Source: Pseudogymnoascus verrucosus
Taxonomy: Eukaryota
Length of the DNA: 64,000 bases
Strand: one strand, 5' to 3'
Assembly (NCBI GenBank): GCA_001662655.1
Contig: KV460206.1
Part shown: one piece after another, positions 10,215 through 24,200 of the stretch
Layout: each line of letters begins with the position of its first letter
Position numbering within the stretch: position 1 is the stretch's first letter
Notes under the pieces: generated by a model
Database searches by the model: none
The model's input: only the letters and a program-made list of their open reading frames with translations
What the model was told of the DNA's origin: nothing
Translations under genes and position numbers: made by a program

Positions 10215-12255
10215 ATGATTCGCCCGGTATTTCGATTCAATAGCCCACGGGCCTGTGCGCTTGTGCTTCGTGGAGTGCAAAGACGGGGACTTCTCACTTC
10301 GTCGTATGCCCAGGGACCAACAGAGGTATAGTCTTACCATTCTATTGCCCTCGTGCAGTTATTTCTCAGCATATACTGACTTCGTGCCTCATAGCCACCG
10401 CTACTCGACCAAACAATTCCCGAGCATTTCGCATCTATCGTCTCGAAACATGGCGACCAGAACGCGGTGATCTCGCGCGCCCAACAGACGCGACTCACGT
10501 ATGAGGAGCTAGACCAGAGGAGCAGCTCTGTCGCAGCAGGGCTCCAGGCACAGGGTGTAAAGAAAGGCATGCGAGTGGCTGTTAGCTTGGGAAACAACAT
10601 CGAGTTTGCAGTGGTATGACATGCCGATACATAGCTGGTTGGATTGGATGTGCTGATAGAAGGTGACCAGACAACATATGCCTTGTTTAAGCTCGGAGCG
10701 ATTTTGGTAAGCACAACAGCAGTAGAAAGGTCTTGAGAACATGCGTTTGCTAACTTTATAGGTTCCGCTGAACCCAGCATTCAACTCCCCTCAAGTTATC
10801 TCTGCCCTGTCGCATCTCTCAGCAACACATCTCATAATCGGGACCGAGACCAACCTCCCTTTCAAACCTCCCCGAGAAAATATATCGCTGCTCAAACAGA
10901 TTTCCCCAGATCTCACATCGGGATCTATCAAGTCTGCCTCCGTTCCATCCCTCCAGAAAGTCATCCTCGTCGACAACTCCGCCGGGCGCCTCGATGTCTC
11001 AGACTTCAAATCCACAACCTCCTTCAACGACCTCCTATACACGCAAACACCCCAATCGATAACCCCAGACTCTCCTCTCCACCGAGACGACATCATCAAC
11101 ATTCAATTCACATCTGGCACCACCGCCCTCCCCAAAGCCGCCTGCCTAAGCCACACCGCCATCCTCAACAACGGCTACTTCATTGGCTTGCGCATGGGCC
11201 TCACCCCCGCGGACATCATCGTCTCCCCACCCCCCCTCTACCACTGCTTCGGCTCGATCCTCGGCTACATGGCCTCCGCCACGCACGGCTCCTCGATCGT
11301 CTTCCCCAGCGAAGCCTTCTCGCCCTCCGCCACCCTCCTCGCCGTCCAAGAAGAGCGCGCCACCGCCCTCTACGGCGTCGCCACCATGTTCACCGCCGAG
11401 CTCGAACTCCTCTCCAACGGCACCATTGAAGACAAAGGCTTCGAGCATCTACGCACTGGCATCGCTGCCGGCTCCTCCGTCCCCCCCGTCCTAATGGGCA
11501 AGCTGCACGACCGCCTCAACCTCACCGGTCTGACAATCTGCTACGGCATGACCGAAACCGCACCCGTATCATGCATGACGACTCCCGATGACCCGCTCCA
11601 GAAACGCCTGGACAGCGTAGGCCGTCTCCTCCCGCACGTACACGCCAAAGTCGTATCCGTGACCGATCCAGGCCGCGTCGTCCCCATCGGCGAGTGCGGC
11701 GAGCTCGCCATCGCTGGCTACAACGTCATGAGCGGGTACTGGGGTGACGAGGCGCGGACGGCCGAGGTTCGCAAGACGGAAACGGATGAGCAGGGTCGCG
11801 AGGCTGTGTGGATGTATACGGGTGATGAGGCGCAGATGGATGCTGATGGGTATGTGCATATCACGGGCAGGATTAAGGATTTGATTATTCGTGGGGGCGA
11901 GAATATTCATCCGCTGGAGGTGGAGAATGTGTTGTTTGCGCATCCGCATGTGAGTGAGGCGAGTGTGGTGGGGATTCCAGATGAGAAGTATGGGGAGTGT
12001 GTTGCGGCGTTTGTGGTTGTGCATGGGGGGGTGAGGGTGGATGAGGGGGATGGAGAGGGAGGTGGGGAGGGTGAGGGTCCTATGGTTACGAAGCAGGAGT
12101 TGAGGGAGTGGGTGAGAGGGAAGCTGTCGGGGCATTTGGTCCCGAAATATATATTCTGGACGAAGAACTATCCCAAGACGCCGTCGGGGAAGATCAAGAA
12201 GTTTGAGTTGAAGACTGAGGGTATCAAGCTTCGAGATGCAGGGAAAGGATTGTAA
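10215..12255 (+). CDS. AMP-binding acyl-CoA synthetase (ACSF2-like), probable mitochondrial presequence, 4 exons
   Basis: Arg-rich acid-free N-terminus MIRPVFRFNSPRACALVLRGVQRRGLL. Motifs IQFTSGTTALPKA, YGMTE, YTGD, GRIKDLIIRGGENI and PKTPSGKIKK. Confidence 0.92.
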
Positions 12256-12655
12256 AGGTTGTACATAGCAGCGATGTGCATATTCCCATTTATAAAGTAT
12301 ATACAGAACCATATTCAAAAATAGCTCTACAGAGGTCTCATGTTGCTTGCATCCATTATAGGTTGCCCTGAGGATCCTGAATCACAATGCTGCATCCATC
12401 GTGAGGCTCCCTGTCCCAATGCACTGTTATAAGTCATCGAGTCATAGTTCTCCAGCTACAACCCTTATTTCAAGTCCTTCCACCTCTTAAGCTGCCTTGC
12501 AAGCTACCCTGTTGTACCTGTCCCCCTCGCCACCTCTCCCCTGCCCCTCCATGACGTCACACCCACCTCCTATATATCAACCTCTTCTTCCCAGCCTCCT
12601 AAAATAACAAAATAACACACATAGACCTCTAAAATCCAACTAAACTCCCATCAAA

Positions 12656-13079
12656 ATGTCAACCCACCCAACCCAAACCCCCCTCTCCACCAACACCGCC
12701 CCAACACAAACCACAACTACAACAACCACCACCACCCAGCACGCCCCCAACAACGGCGGTCTAGCGCAGAAAGCCCATTCTGCACTCGCTGCGGTGCATG
12801 GTACGGGCGAGGCGGTACGGGGACACTTTAACGCGGCTGTTGATGATGCGTTTGGCGAGGTTAGTTACGCCCCTTCTCCCAAGTCCCCAGGGGCACGGTT
12901 TTTTTGAGAAGTAAACAGAAAGCTAACGCCTATATTAGTCAAAGGGTGTACAGAAGAACGCGCGTGTGGAGAATGAGGGGTTAAATGAGATTGCGTCGGG
13001 GCATTTTGGGACGGGGACGAAGGTTAGGGAGGGGGCGGTGCCAGGGGATGGGGGGAAGAGGGGGAATGAGGTGGTATAA
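12656..13079 (+). CDS. Small hydrophilic hypothetical protein, 2 exons
   Basis: ATG in AAAATG context, AAVHGTGEAVRGHFNAAVD, intron GTTAGT..CTAAC..TAG, exon 2 SKGVQKN..EIASGHF..NEVV*. Confidence 0.75.
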
Positions 13080-13728
13080 GTAAGAGGAGGGCAATGTATT
13101 GAAGTTTATTGGGTAGGAGGGCGTTTGTTCTCGGTTTTTGTCAGTCACTGTTTTGATAGGACTGGTTAGGATGGTATAGCTTGGGCTGGGAGGTATCCGT
13201 TGGGACGGGGTTTATTGGCTCTTTCATAGGGTTGTTTTAGGGTTTCCATGCCAGATCTGACTCAAATCGGTGCTTGTAGGATGAACAGAATCTATATAGA
13301 CGGCTTTGGAGAGCATATAGCCCATTAATTGGAAATCCATAATATCGATACTTTAAAGTTGAAGATGATATCAAACGTGGGGATCCAGCCTGTAGGGGTC
13401 TCGTAAGCGGAAGGATCCGCGCTTTGGCTAAAATAAACTGCCAATTTTCCACCAAGCTCGTCGGACTCATTTCTTGAGTAACGCGTTTGATGCCACGCAT
13501 ACATTGAATACTAATAGTTCTATACGCCGTTCACCTCAAACTCCCAGATGTCCAAATTGACAATATGGATCCTCGCCTGTTTCAGCCTTCCTGATCCCCC
13601 AAACCACCGTGCCCCGCTAGACACACGACGTGGGGAAGTGCTACGGGCCGGACAGGGGTTACCATGTAAGCACGCGCCTCCCATCTCAATATCCTCCCCT
13701 CGTTATAAGTTAGCCATCTCCTCTCTCC

Positions 13729-15063
13729 ATGCCCTCAATCGCCATCCCCCTCCCCCAGCGATGATCAGCTCCCCCACGGCACCAGCCGCACCCACGCCGC
13801 GGTCGCCCTCAGGCTCCTCATCGCAATCTGGCTCTTCTTCGGCCTCAAACCCTCCCGCCTCTCCCTCGTCCTAACTCCTCCACCGCCGGCCCGCCCATCC
13901 TCCCCAATGTCTTCGACACCCCTCCCCTCTCCTCCCCCGCCATCCGCAGCATCTGCGCCGACACAGTCTGGGACCCCTCCCTAGTATTCACCTGCAACTC
14001 CAGCGTCGGCGGCATCCGCAACATCCGCAACTCCCTCCTCAACTGCGTGCGCTTCACCATCTCCGCCGCCGCCTCCCTCGTCACCCCCCTCATCGTCGTG
14101 CGCAACGAATCCTACACCGCCGCCATCCGCACCGGCATCACAGCACCACTCTCCTACATGTTATCGCCCTCGCACTTCCGCGACTCCCTCGCCCTCTCCT
14201 GTCCGGGCCTAATCCTGCACGAGACTCTCGAATCCGCTATCGCAGGCGCCAAAAACCACGACCCGCTACCGCTTAAGCCAGAATACCTCCAATCCAAGAA
14301 CCTCCCTCGCACCGGCCTCGCCTCCCCCGAAACCTGGAACGCGAACTTCACAACCTGGCTGCACGAGCGCATACCCCTGCGCGCGCTGCCAGCAACGAAA
14401 ATAGTCCATCTCTCGCGCACATACCTCGCCTACCCGACCTACAGCGACGGCGTCAACTTCGCGCATCACTTCGGTTCCATCCTCAAGTTCCGCGACGACG
14501 TCCGGGTTCTCGCTACTAGCGTGCTGCGCGGCCTCGCTGAGCGGTATGGATACAAAGGGGTGCCGGATTTCTTCTTCGGTGCGCATTTGCGCACGGAGCG
14601 GGATGCGAAGCTGGGGTGGCCGGGGGGGGATTGGGTGTATAGCCGGTATGAGACGCAGGCTGCACTGCTTCTGTCCGCAGCCTCCAATGCAAGCCTCCCG
14701 CTCATATACGTCGCCTCCGGGGACCAGGATGAAGTCGCGAAGTTAAGTGCTGAGGCAGCGGCGAAGAATATGACAGTGACGACGAAGTTTGATGTTCTGG
14801 GGAAGGAGGAGGTGGAGAGGATGGATAAGATGAGTTGGGATCAGCAGGGGATGGTGGATTTTCTGGTGATGACGAGGGCGAGTGTGTTTGGGGGGGTGGG
14901 ACATTCGAGTTTTGCGTGGAATGTGGCGTTGGGGAGGCATGTGGTTGGGGGGGAGTCAGGGGAGGGACATTTGAAGGGACCGCAGGCGTTGAATGATAAG
15001 CTCAGTCAGGTTTATGGGAAGCCGGGGGAGTATCCGGAGTATCCGAGTACGCTGTGGCCTTAG
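13729..15063 (+). CDS. O-fucosyltransferase-like (GT-B) protein; 5' end irregular
   Basis: Motifs GGIRNIRNSLLNCVRF, FFGAHLRTERD, IYVASG and DFLVM..ASVFGGVGHSSFAWNVA. Frame open 13765-15063, but the nearest in-frame upstream ATG (13729) meets TGA at 13762. Confidence 0.65.
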
Positions 15064-15410
15064 ATTGGGGGAAGGGGAAAGAGATATGTATGGATATATA
15101 CATCGGGGGAAGGGGAAAGGGATATGTATGGATATATAGAGGTGGATATGTAGTTTTACAGCCTCAATGTTGGATAGTGGGAAGGCAGGAGCGTGGCGCG
15201 ATTATACCATATTTAAACGCAAATAGGCGGAACTGAGGGAGTAGCAAATACTACGCAATTTAATTTGCCTATCTATACTTCTGTTCCTACTCGGTCACAG
15301 CACTGCGGCGCCGATACAATTTTTACTTCCTCTCCCCCTCTCGTTCTCCTTGATCGCGGCTACAACCGCCCTCCTCACCACCTACTCAAAGCCACTTCCC
15401 TAACTATAAT

Positions 15411-16814
15411 CTAGTTCTGGAGCTTCTCCTTGAGGATACCCTTCAGGGTCTCGGCGTCAGCAGCGAACTTGCTGATACCCTCGCGCAGCTTCTCGACGGC
15501 CATCTGGTCCTCGTTGAAGTCGAAGCGGAAGACAGACTCGTCGTTGATGTAGGTCTTCTTCTCGATCTTGAGGTTGTGTGCGTTTTCGGCCTCAAGCTTC
15601 CTTGGGACGGCGTCGGTGGAGTTCTGGAGCTGCTCGAGCAGGTTGGGCTAGGAGCTGTGTTAGTTATGTTACTTTTGAGTTTGGGGGTTAGAACTCACGG
15701 CGATGGTGAGGTAATCGCATCCAGCCAACTCGGTGATCTCGCCGATGCTACGGAAAGACGCACCCATGACGATGGTCTTGTAGTCGTACTTCTTGTAGTA
15801 ATCGTAGATGGCCTTGACGCTAGCCACTCCTGGGTCCTCCTCCTTGGAGTACTCCTTCTTGTTGGCAGCCTTGAACCAATCCAGGATGCGGCCGACGAAG
15901 GGGGAGATGAGGAAGGCGTTGGCCTCGGCGGCGGCGATGGCCTGGGGAAGGGAGAACATGAGGGTCAGGTTGCAGTTGATGTCGTGCTCCTTCTGGAGGA
16001 TCTTGGCGGCCTGGATACCCTCCCAGGTGGAGGCGATCTTGATCAGAACGCGCTCCTTGGAGATACCAACGGACTTGTAAAGCTGGGTACGGTGTCAGTA
16101 CACTGGATTCTAGCTTTGGAGATGGGGAACTCGGAACTCACCTCGATGATGTGCAGGGCCTTGTCAACGGAACCCTTGGTGGAGAAAGAGTAGTGGGCAT
16201 CGACCTCGGTGGAAACACGTCCTGGGACGATCTTGAGGATCTCCTTTCCGAACTCGACGAGGAGGCGGTCGAGGGCAGCATCGACCTGGGCGTTGATGTC
16301 CGATCCGCCGTGCTCCTTGCCGTAAGCGATGGCAACATCCATAAGCTTGGCATACTCAGGCTTCTTGGACGCAGCGAGGATCAGGGAAGGGTTGGTGGTG
16401 GCATCTTGCGGCTTGTACTTGCCGATAGCTGTTCTAGATGTCAGTTATTGAGCGTTGTGGGGTTAGGATGGCCGTGTTTGCGTCGGATTGCGATGTCGCT
16501 GCCGTTGAGTGGGGGTTTGTTGGGATGGCCCGGATGGCGGGGTATACTCACAGACAAAGTCACCTAGATGAGCAGTTAGCTGGCTGTTTTGGAGAGGAAA
16601 AGTTTGCAGAGAAGCTTACCAGAGTCAGAGACAACGGTCTATAGCAAAGATTCCACGTTAGCAATCGTTTTCAAGGTCGTGATGATGGTGAAGCTTTGGT
16701 GGCGGGGGGAGGTAAAATTGTTGACGATTGCATCCTCGATACCCCACCAAAACCGGAGACGGAGTAGTAACTTACAGTGCCAGTGGCCTTGAGCTGCTCC
16801 AATGAGTTGGACAT
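15411..16814 (-). CDS. TAL1: Transaldolase, multi-exon
   Basis: [89 protein letters not shown]. Confidence 0.97.
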
Positions 16815-17899
16815 GATTGCGATGTGTGTATGTGAAGCTTTAAAATTGAATTAATTCACAGATTATAATGTGATGGAATTGGTGTGTTACAGGAAGATGG
16901 AAGATTGTTGTTGATGTTTTATTGTGACGTGGGGAGTGTGGGGGGGGGGGAGGTAAAGTAGTTATGAGTAAGGGACGGACTACTACTACAGATGTATGAT
17001 GAGGGGGAGCGAGGGGCGGCGTCCTCGGAGACAGCTAGCGCGGGGTCTTCTTGGATGGACATTGGTGGCACAGTATCTGTTACAATTTGTTACAAACAAG
17101 AGCATAATCGAGACAAGAAGGAACTACATTAAGTTAGTAATACAGTATAAGCAATACATATCTTTGTAAATCTCTCGAATCACCTTTCAAACCTCTCACA
17201 ATACATATTAGAAACGACATCGAAATCGCTCTTTCTTATCGACTCTCCTATTCGTCAATCTTCAACAATCTTTGCCACACAACCTTTCACAACTTCTTAG
17301 TCATCTCCCAAGCTCCCATCTAAGCTCACTATGTCATACACGTGCATAACGATGGGCTGCTACCACGGAAGCCTGTCGGCCGCACCAATCGCTCGTTTTT
17401 AGCCTAAAAGTATATACTATGCTGTACGCTGTGTCGAGTTTCTCCGGCTGGAAAATACTCGATTGAACCTTATAGGAAACAATAAGAAAAAATAACCTTC
17501 TAGGTGGTTCCAGACTTTCATGTATGGTTCATGAAAAAACGAAAGATTCAGATGACCTAAGGCACACCCGGTGATGCTGACTGACAGCCGGCCGGGCGAC
17601 AGTCTACCGGGTGACAGTCGACCGGTTTGGTAACTATTCACACTACATACAAAATTCCACCACGAGATCCCACTCGAGTAAGTCATTGTTCCCGTTCCGA
17701 TCCCAACCTTCATAGCAAACCCCGACTCCATCGTACAGTCCGCATACAGTCCAAGTCCGTATGTACGCATCCCCAAATCCCGCATTGTATACCAATCTGA
17801 TCATTCCTCCGAATCCGCCCATTGTCCCCAATCCAGACCCCAAACCCAAAAGCGCCTCATGTCCATAAATCGTGTCTCGTCGGCTCCGGCGCCGGCGCC

Positions 17900-18686
17900 C
17901 TACTTCCCCATCCACATAGCCGTCCCAAACCCCAGCTTGCTGGCCATCCTCTCCCTCTTCGTCCTCTGCTTCTTCTCCCGGAACCTGTTCCAGCTCCTCT
18001 CTCTCTCTTCCCAATCGTTCATCTGGGCTATTTACAATTAGCACTTATCCATCATCCCCGCACCCATAACTCCCCCATCCCCTCGCGCATTCCCCCCCAA
18101 GAAAATTAAAAGAAACAAAACGAAAAGGAAAAAAAATCTCACCAAGCAACCAATCCCACCTCCTATCCTCCCTCTCCAAAACCTCCACCCCCTCCCTCCT
18201 CAACCTCTCCCTTCTCGCCTCCCCCGCCGCCTCCTCCCCCACCAACTCCCCATCCTCCTCCGGCCTCACCCTCCTCCCCTCCACCCCCCCCACCCCAAAC
18301 TCCCTCTCCTCCCTCTCCCTAACCACCATCAGCGCCGCCCTGATCGGATCCCGCGTCACTCTCGCCGCCTCCAACAGATCCGCCGTATCGCGCTCCGTAG
18401 CTGCCTTCGCGCGTCGAGCAGCGACGGCGTCGTAGTGCCGCGAGGAGGGGGTGGAGTGGCGCGACCAGGAGGTGGGGTAGTAGTCTGCTAGGGAGGGGGT
18501 GCGGGAGGTGCTTTGGGGGGGACGGGGGGGGATGGTGGAGTAGGAGGGGGCGGAGGAGAAGTAGGAGGGGGCGGCAGAGAGGATGGATGCTGTTTCGATG
18601 TCGTGGGGAGGGGAGGGGCCGCGGAGGGTGTAGGCGCGGGGGGTGTAGGCGGGGGGAGGGACGAGTGGGGTTGGAGTAGTCGACAT
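17900..18686 (-). CDS. Conserved-looking fungal hypothetical protein, 2 exons
   Basis: PPPAY/APSY-rich N-terminus, EDGELVGEEAA..REDRRWDWLL, intron, then AQMNDWEERERSWNRF..MGK*. Confidence 0.75.
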
Positions 18687-19447
18687 TTTGAGTTTGGCTA
18701 GATAGTGATAATATGATAGTTCGGATGGTGGATGGTTGTGGGCATCGATGTGCGCATCGATGGGTTTGCGGGGTCTTGAAGGCTGCGTGAGTGAGAGGTG
18801 TGGTGGTGACGTCAAACTCACTCTATCGTGGTGGTATCGGAGGAGGAAGGCTGTGTGATAACAGCCTTTATGTAGGAGATGAGAGATGATAGATAAATGA
18901 GAGAGCTCACACGACAGTTGAAGGAGAGAGATGAATACTTAACTCGGCGTCATGACAGATGACCCTTATTGGAAGGATTAAATCGTCAGATAGCAGTACT
19001 GCCCTACCAGCCCAGCCGCCCAGCCGTGTATGGCGCAGCAACGCACCACTCCTTCGAGGTGCGGGGAAATACGGCCTTCGCCAACCATAACCTGGGGAAG
19101 GCTCTGGGCTAAGTATGAATACCCGCGAAAAATGCCTCGATGGGTCAGGGCTTGTTAATATTGCGGCTTTTTATGTGGGAGTTGAGAAATGTTGTTATCA
19201 TTCTGGGCGTATATGGGGTGGGGGATCAGAGGTGCGTACTGTAGCCTTGCGGGTGGTCCGGAGCTAGAAGCACATGCATATTAAACTAGAAGGCAACCAG
19301 AAGGCCCACACTGTAGCCTGCATTAAGCTATTTCCGTAAAATTCAAAAGAGTTCATGATTAACAGTTCATGATCAACAAGTACAGTCTCATTATGATATA
19401 CACGCAATCCCCCAACTCCAATCCCCCCCCCCAAAACAACCCCCCCT

Positions 19448-20345
19448 CTACTTCCTCCCCCCCCCCAAATGCCACCCAAACACCTTCCTAAACACCTCCA
19501 TCCCCCCCACCTCCACCACATCCCCATGACACGGAATGATCCTCTCAAAATCCCACCCCCCAATCCTCCTCGCGCTCTCCCCAAACCCCTCCCTATTCGC
19601 CGCACTCGCCCCATACCAAAGAAACCTCTTCTGCCCCAACGCCCTCCCCTGCGTCGACGTCAACGCCCCAAACAACCTCGTCATGATCCCCTTATCCGCC
19701 GCCTCCCCGGTTCGCGAATACTGCTCCGTCGCTGGCAGATTAAACAAGTAGTCCGCCACGATCAACGTGCGGTCCGGCTTGTAGCAGAACACAAGCTCTT
19801 TATTCATATGCTCCGGCACATACTCGTACTCGAAATCCCGATCAAACTCCTCCGATATCCTAACCTGCCCCTTCAACTTCTCCGTAAACACCGTCGCGAA
19901 CGGCACCTGCGCGCCGTGGCTGGGACTCTTGGGGTCCTTGGCAGCAGCGGCGCGCTTCTCAGCCAGTCCTTCGACGCCGATGACTTGTGCGGAGGGGTAG
20001 GCGCGCGCCCATTCGCTGACGAAGATGTGGTGCTCGATATCGGGGGCGATGATGTATTTGAGGTTATCGCCTTTTTCTTGCAGCTTGGCGCGGACTTCGG
20101 GGGTGAGGGCGGTCGGGGAGAAGACGGAGAGGGCGCCGGATGTGAGGCGGACTGGGAACGAGGGATTAGCCGGTTGAGCGAGAGAAGGGGGGGGAGGGTG
20201 GGGGGGATATACCGATTGTGCCGCGGCCGCCGACGCGGATGAGACCGAAGCGCGCGAAGGGGACGGAGAGGGTGGTGATGTTGGGGGTGATGTCGCGGAT
20301 GACCATTACGGCGGAGGGGTTGCTGGGGACGAGCTTGGACGTCAT
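19448..20345 (-). CDS. Metallo-beta-lactamase-fold protein (DUF4336-like), 2 exons
   Basis: MTSKLVP..PFARFG..GGRGTI/VRLTSG..IIAPDIEHHIF..TLIVADYLFN..WDFERIIPCHGD. Confidence 0.85.
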
Positions 20346-21297
20346 GGCGACGGTGTGTTTGTCGTTGAGCTCAGTGATGTGTGGATGTTGCCGGGTTTAA
20401 AACTGGTAGTAGTTTCGTCTCTGTTGCTATTCAAGGTAGTGCTTGACGGTCAATTATGTTCTCTGAAGATCGGGGAATACAGATTATATTATATAGGTTT
20501 CACGATCTGAGACCCTGACAATTTCATGGCCTCACATCGATAGCGATAGAGCCAGTGACGCAACCGATAAGGTCTGGAAGGTCCTTAGCGCCAAATCAAC
20601 CACGGTAGAGTGGATTCCTCGCCACTACCGGCTAAGTATATGATTGGATCGCCGTCGTGATATTTTCGTATAGATCTCTCCCCCATAACCCCAGATCACG
20701 AAATGCAAATACTATCCCAACAACCGCAGCCACATTTTTGTCTTCATGCTGACATACCGAATATCCCGGAGCAGCGGTCTAGGTTTTGGGTAGGGGTGGA
20801 GAGCATAAATGCAGGCACGGAAGCATAATTTTGCAATTATCCGAGCCGAGGTGCCACTATATTATTTGTAAGGACGGGCGTCTAGACCGTTTCCTGGGAA
20901 ATGCGATACTAATCTACGATGATAAACTCAAATCATTGTGTTTGTGCTGGGCGCAGCCATATTTGCCGTCGGCTATACGGACTTTCATGCTCTCTCCCCT
21001 CATACAATCCAGATAGACCATATGCTAGGCTAGTAGGCATTTCATGAACTGTTTGTGACAAGGGCGACCGCATCTTATCGGTGACGTTTGTTACGAGCAA
21101 GATCACCAGTGGAATTTGTCAAGGGCACAGATCAACAGTAACATAGTCAATGTAATAACCCTTTTATTTGAATTCATGTAACAACATGCACAATATGCAG
21201 GCACATCCCACAACACAATCTATCCCAGTAATCCGATTCCCAGCGTGTGCCACAAAACAAAGAACAACCCCCCCACGCATCCGGCCATCCCACCCCT

Positions 21298-24200
21298 TTA
21301 TCCCGGAAGTGCGTAAGAGTACCCCGTGCCCCGAATCATCCAGAAACAAATCTTCTTAAGTATGTACCAATTACTGGGCCTAATAGAAACGCCAAAGTAC
21401 CCAGGCTCACGGCCCCAGAAGCGCGAAACGGTGCTGCGGGTGATTTCGTTGCCCGTGAGCCAGATGCTGCGCTGGCCGTAGATGAGGTAGCTTTGGTAGA
21501 GAATGTAGATCGTGAGGATTTGCAGGATTGCCGTGAGGAGGTTCGGCCAGAGGGGTGGGAGTCTGTGGATGACCTTAGGGTGGGTGTCGGGCTCAGTGAT
21601 GTTCTCGACTTGGGATTCGAGGCCTATAACGGTGGGCTCCTTGGTTTGGGATTCAATGTCGATATCCGTGAGTCTGGTGGTGGCAGACTTGGAGGATTTG
21701 GTGTTAATGCAGATAAGGCGACTGATGTTGGAGAGGATACCAGAGGAAAGCCAGCCAGCGGTGTTGACAGAATGGAAGCGTTGGATGAATGCCGCAAAAC
21801 TTGGGAAGTAGTGCGCGAAAATAGAGGAAAGGCGGCCAGCGATGTTGATAGGAAGGCGTCGGATGAATGACCCAAAATTTGGGAAGTAGTGCGCAAAAAA
21901 AGAGGAAAGGTAACCAACAATGTTGATGGGATTGAGGCGTCCTAGGAATCCCGTAAACTTTGGGAAGGCGCGCGCGAAAGCGGCGAAAGGGCGACGAACG
22001 ATGTTGACAGGATTGAGGCGGCCTATGAATGCCGCGAAATTGGGGTATGAGTGGGAGAAAATGGTCCACAGGTCGACGTAGACAAATAAAAAGGCCAAGA
22101 TGGGGCTGCGGACTTGGTGAACAGTGTGTTCGATAATCTTGTCGACGATGACCTCTTTGTCGACATAGAAAAGTTGTTCGACATATTTGACATCTTTCTT
22201 TGGTCGGCGAGTGAGGATAGCGGATAACTTCTTGGATTTGCTGGCGTATGATTCATTTTCAGTGTCGGAAGAATCTTCGAGTTCGCTGTCGGTCTCGTCG
22301 CTGGACACGGATGGTTCAACGGCAGTAACGGAAGAGTCGTCAAAGTTGCTAGCAGTCTCTTCATGAGGACCAACTCCAGCAGTGGAAGATCCTTCGGATA
22401 CGCTGGGAGCTTTCTTGTGAGACTCTGATGGCCCAACTGTATCAGTGGAAGAGTCTTTGGGTTTGGTGATTGGTCTCAGGGGCGTCATAGGCTTTTCCTT
22501 GAGCATCCGACGATGATCTTCCATAAACTTCTCGGAATCTCTCTTGTCCTCCTTCCAGGCAGCCAACTGCTCATCCAGAGTTGGGATCAAGTGTCTATCA
22601 TCGCGTGGAGGGCGAGGAAATCCATGAGTGCGCTGAGCCCTGTGAACAGCCGCGATGCGTGAAACATGCAACGCGTCGTCGGAGCTGTTGCGTTCATTCT
22701 TCACCTGTTCCTGGAGCCTGGAGGTCGTGGCTTTCTCCTTTCTCAATGCCTCATCCAGATCATTAATCTTCTTCTTGTGCCGGATATTGGCTCTATTGAG
22801 GGAGGTGCATTCATCATTGGCTTCAGTGAGCAGTCCATCAATGTAGTTCTTCTCGCGGATAGCAACCCCAATGTCTTTTTTCAACTTTTCGACTTTGGCG
22901 TGATGGTTGACGCTTTCGGTCTTCGTGGATGATTCCAACTCTCCGAGGTCATTGCTGAGTTTTGTGACTTTATGTGTGAGCTCGGAGATCTCGTATTCCT
23001 TGTGTTGTGCCACGGCCTTCATCTCGGCAACCGTATCTGTGAGTTGGGAGACTCTGATATTGGCGGTTTTGTATTGTCCTTGCATATCGTAATAGTCTTG
23101 CTCGAAGCCCTGAATATTCCTCTCCAATACAGCCGTATGCTTAGCTTCTGCATCGTATTGGTCCTTCCAATGTTGCTCAGTCTTGGATAGTTCGGCCTTT
23201 TCCTCCTTCGGTATTATTAGGCCTTTGGCCTTGTCCTCTTTTTCTTGGGCCTTACGTGCCAAATCCTGCTTCTCGGATTCTGCCTTCGTCAAGGCTGTCA
23301 TGAGGGTCGTGACCTCGACCTCCCTGGCCGCCACATTTTCCTCTTTTTCTTGGGCTTTGCGTGCCAAATCCTGCTTCTCGGTTTCTGCCATCGTCAAGGC
23401 CGTCATGAGGGTATTGACCTCGATCTCCTTGGCCGCAGCGTTGTTTTCCATGATCGCGATCTGTTGGCGATGGTAGTTGTTGGCAGCAACGGCTTCATCG
23501 ATGTGCGCCTGGGCCTCCCCGAGCTTTTGTACCGCAAAATCTCGCTCTCGGGTGCGGGTGTCCAGCTCTCCGTTGACAAAGGAGACCTTATTTGCGAGTT
23601 CGGTGACTTGGTAGCGAATTTCGTTGCTCTCTTTGTCGAGACTGTTCGCTGCATTGGCGATCTCGGAGACTTGGCGCTTGAGTTCGCCGTTCTCTTTGTT
23701 CATGGCGTTGCAGGACTGCTGCGATGCGGCGAGTGCGTTGCGGCAGATCTGTAGTTCTTTCGTCGCGGCCATGTGAGTGCCGGTAACCGAGTCCAGCTTC
23801 TCTGAAAGCCGTGTTTCCAAATCTGCAATCTTCAGATCCGATTCCTTGCGGGCCTCTTCCAATCTTCTGATATTGGTCTCCAGAGCAGCGCTGTGCACGT
23901 CAGCGGCGATCAGCTTATGTGTGGCGGTATTGAGCTCTTGCATTGCCAGTCCCACCAGTGCCCGATCTTTTTCAGTAGAGCACTCCTGAACGGTATCGGT
24001 CACAGCCACAGGGTTGTTAATCACAGTGTTGTTGACCACGGTGTTGTTGACCACGGTGTTGTTGACTAACTCCATATTGGCGGCGTCTGAGAGCACTGGA
24101 ACTGAAGTTGTCACGCCCATAAACGTTAGAGTCTGTTGGCCAGACGAGGGAATTGGAGCTCCACCCCAATAGGGGTTGGATGGGAAGGAGATGTTCGGGA

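Noticed and set aside
15375..15413. Possible stop-codon readthrough to a cryptic PTS1 in TAL1
   Set aside because: Stop context is TAG ATT, not TGA CTA, and the extension does not end in an SKL-like tripeptide.
17583..17627. Three degenerate 15-bp units GACAG....CCGG
   Set aside because: Short and degenerate with no spacers; not CRISPR-like and no supportable function.
11146..20242. Long antisense or alternate-frame ORFs over core genes (e.g. 11569-12318, 15576-16193, 19469-20242)
   Set aside because: Shadows of strongly biased codon usage in the real genes.
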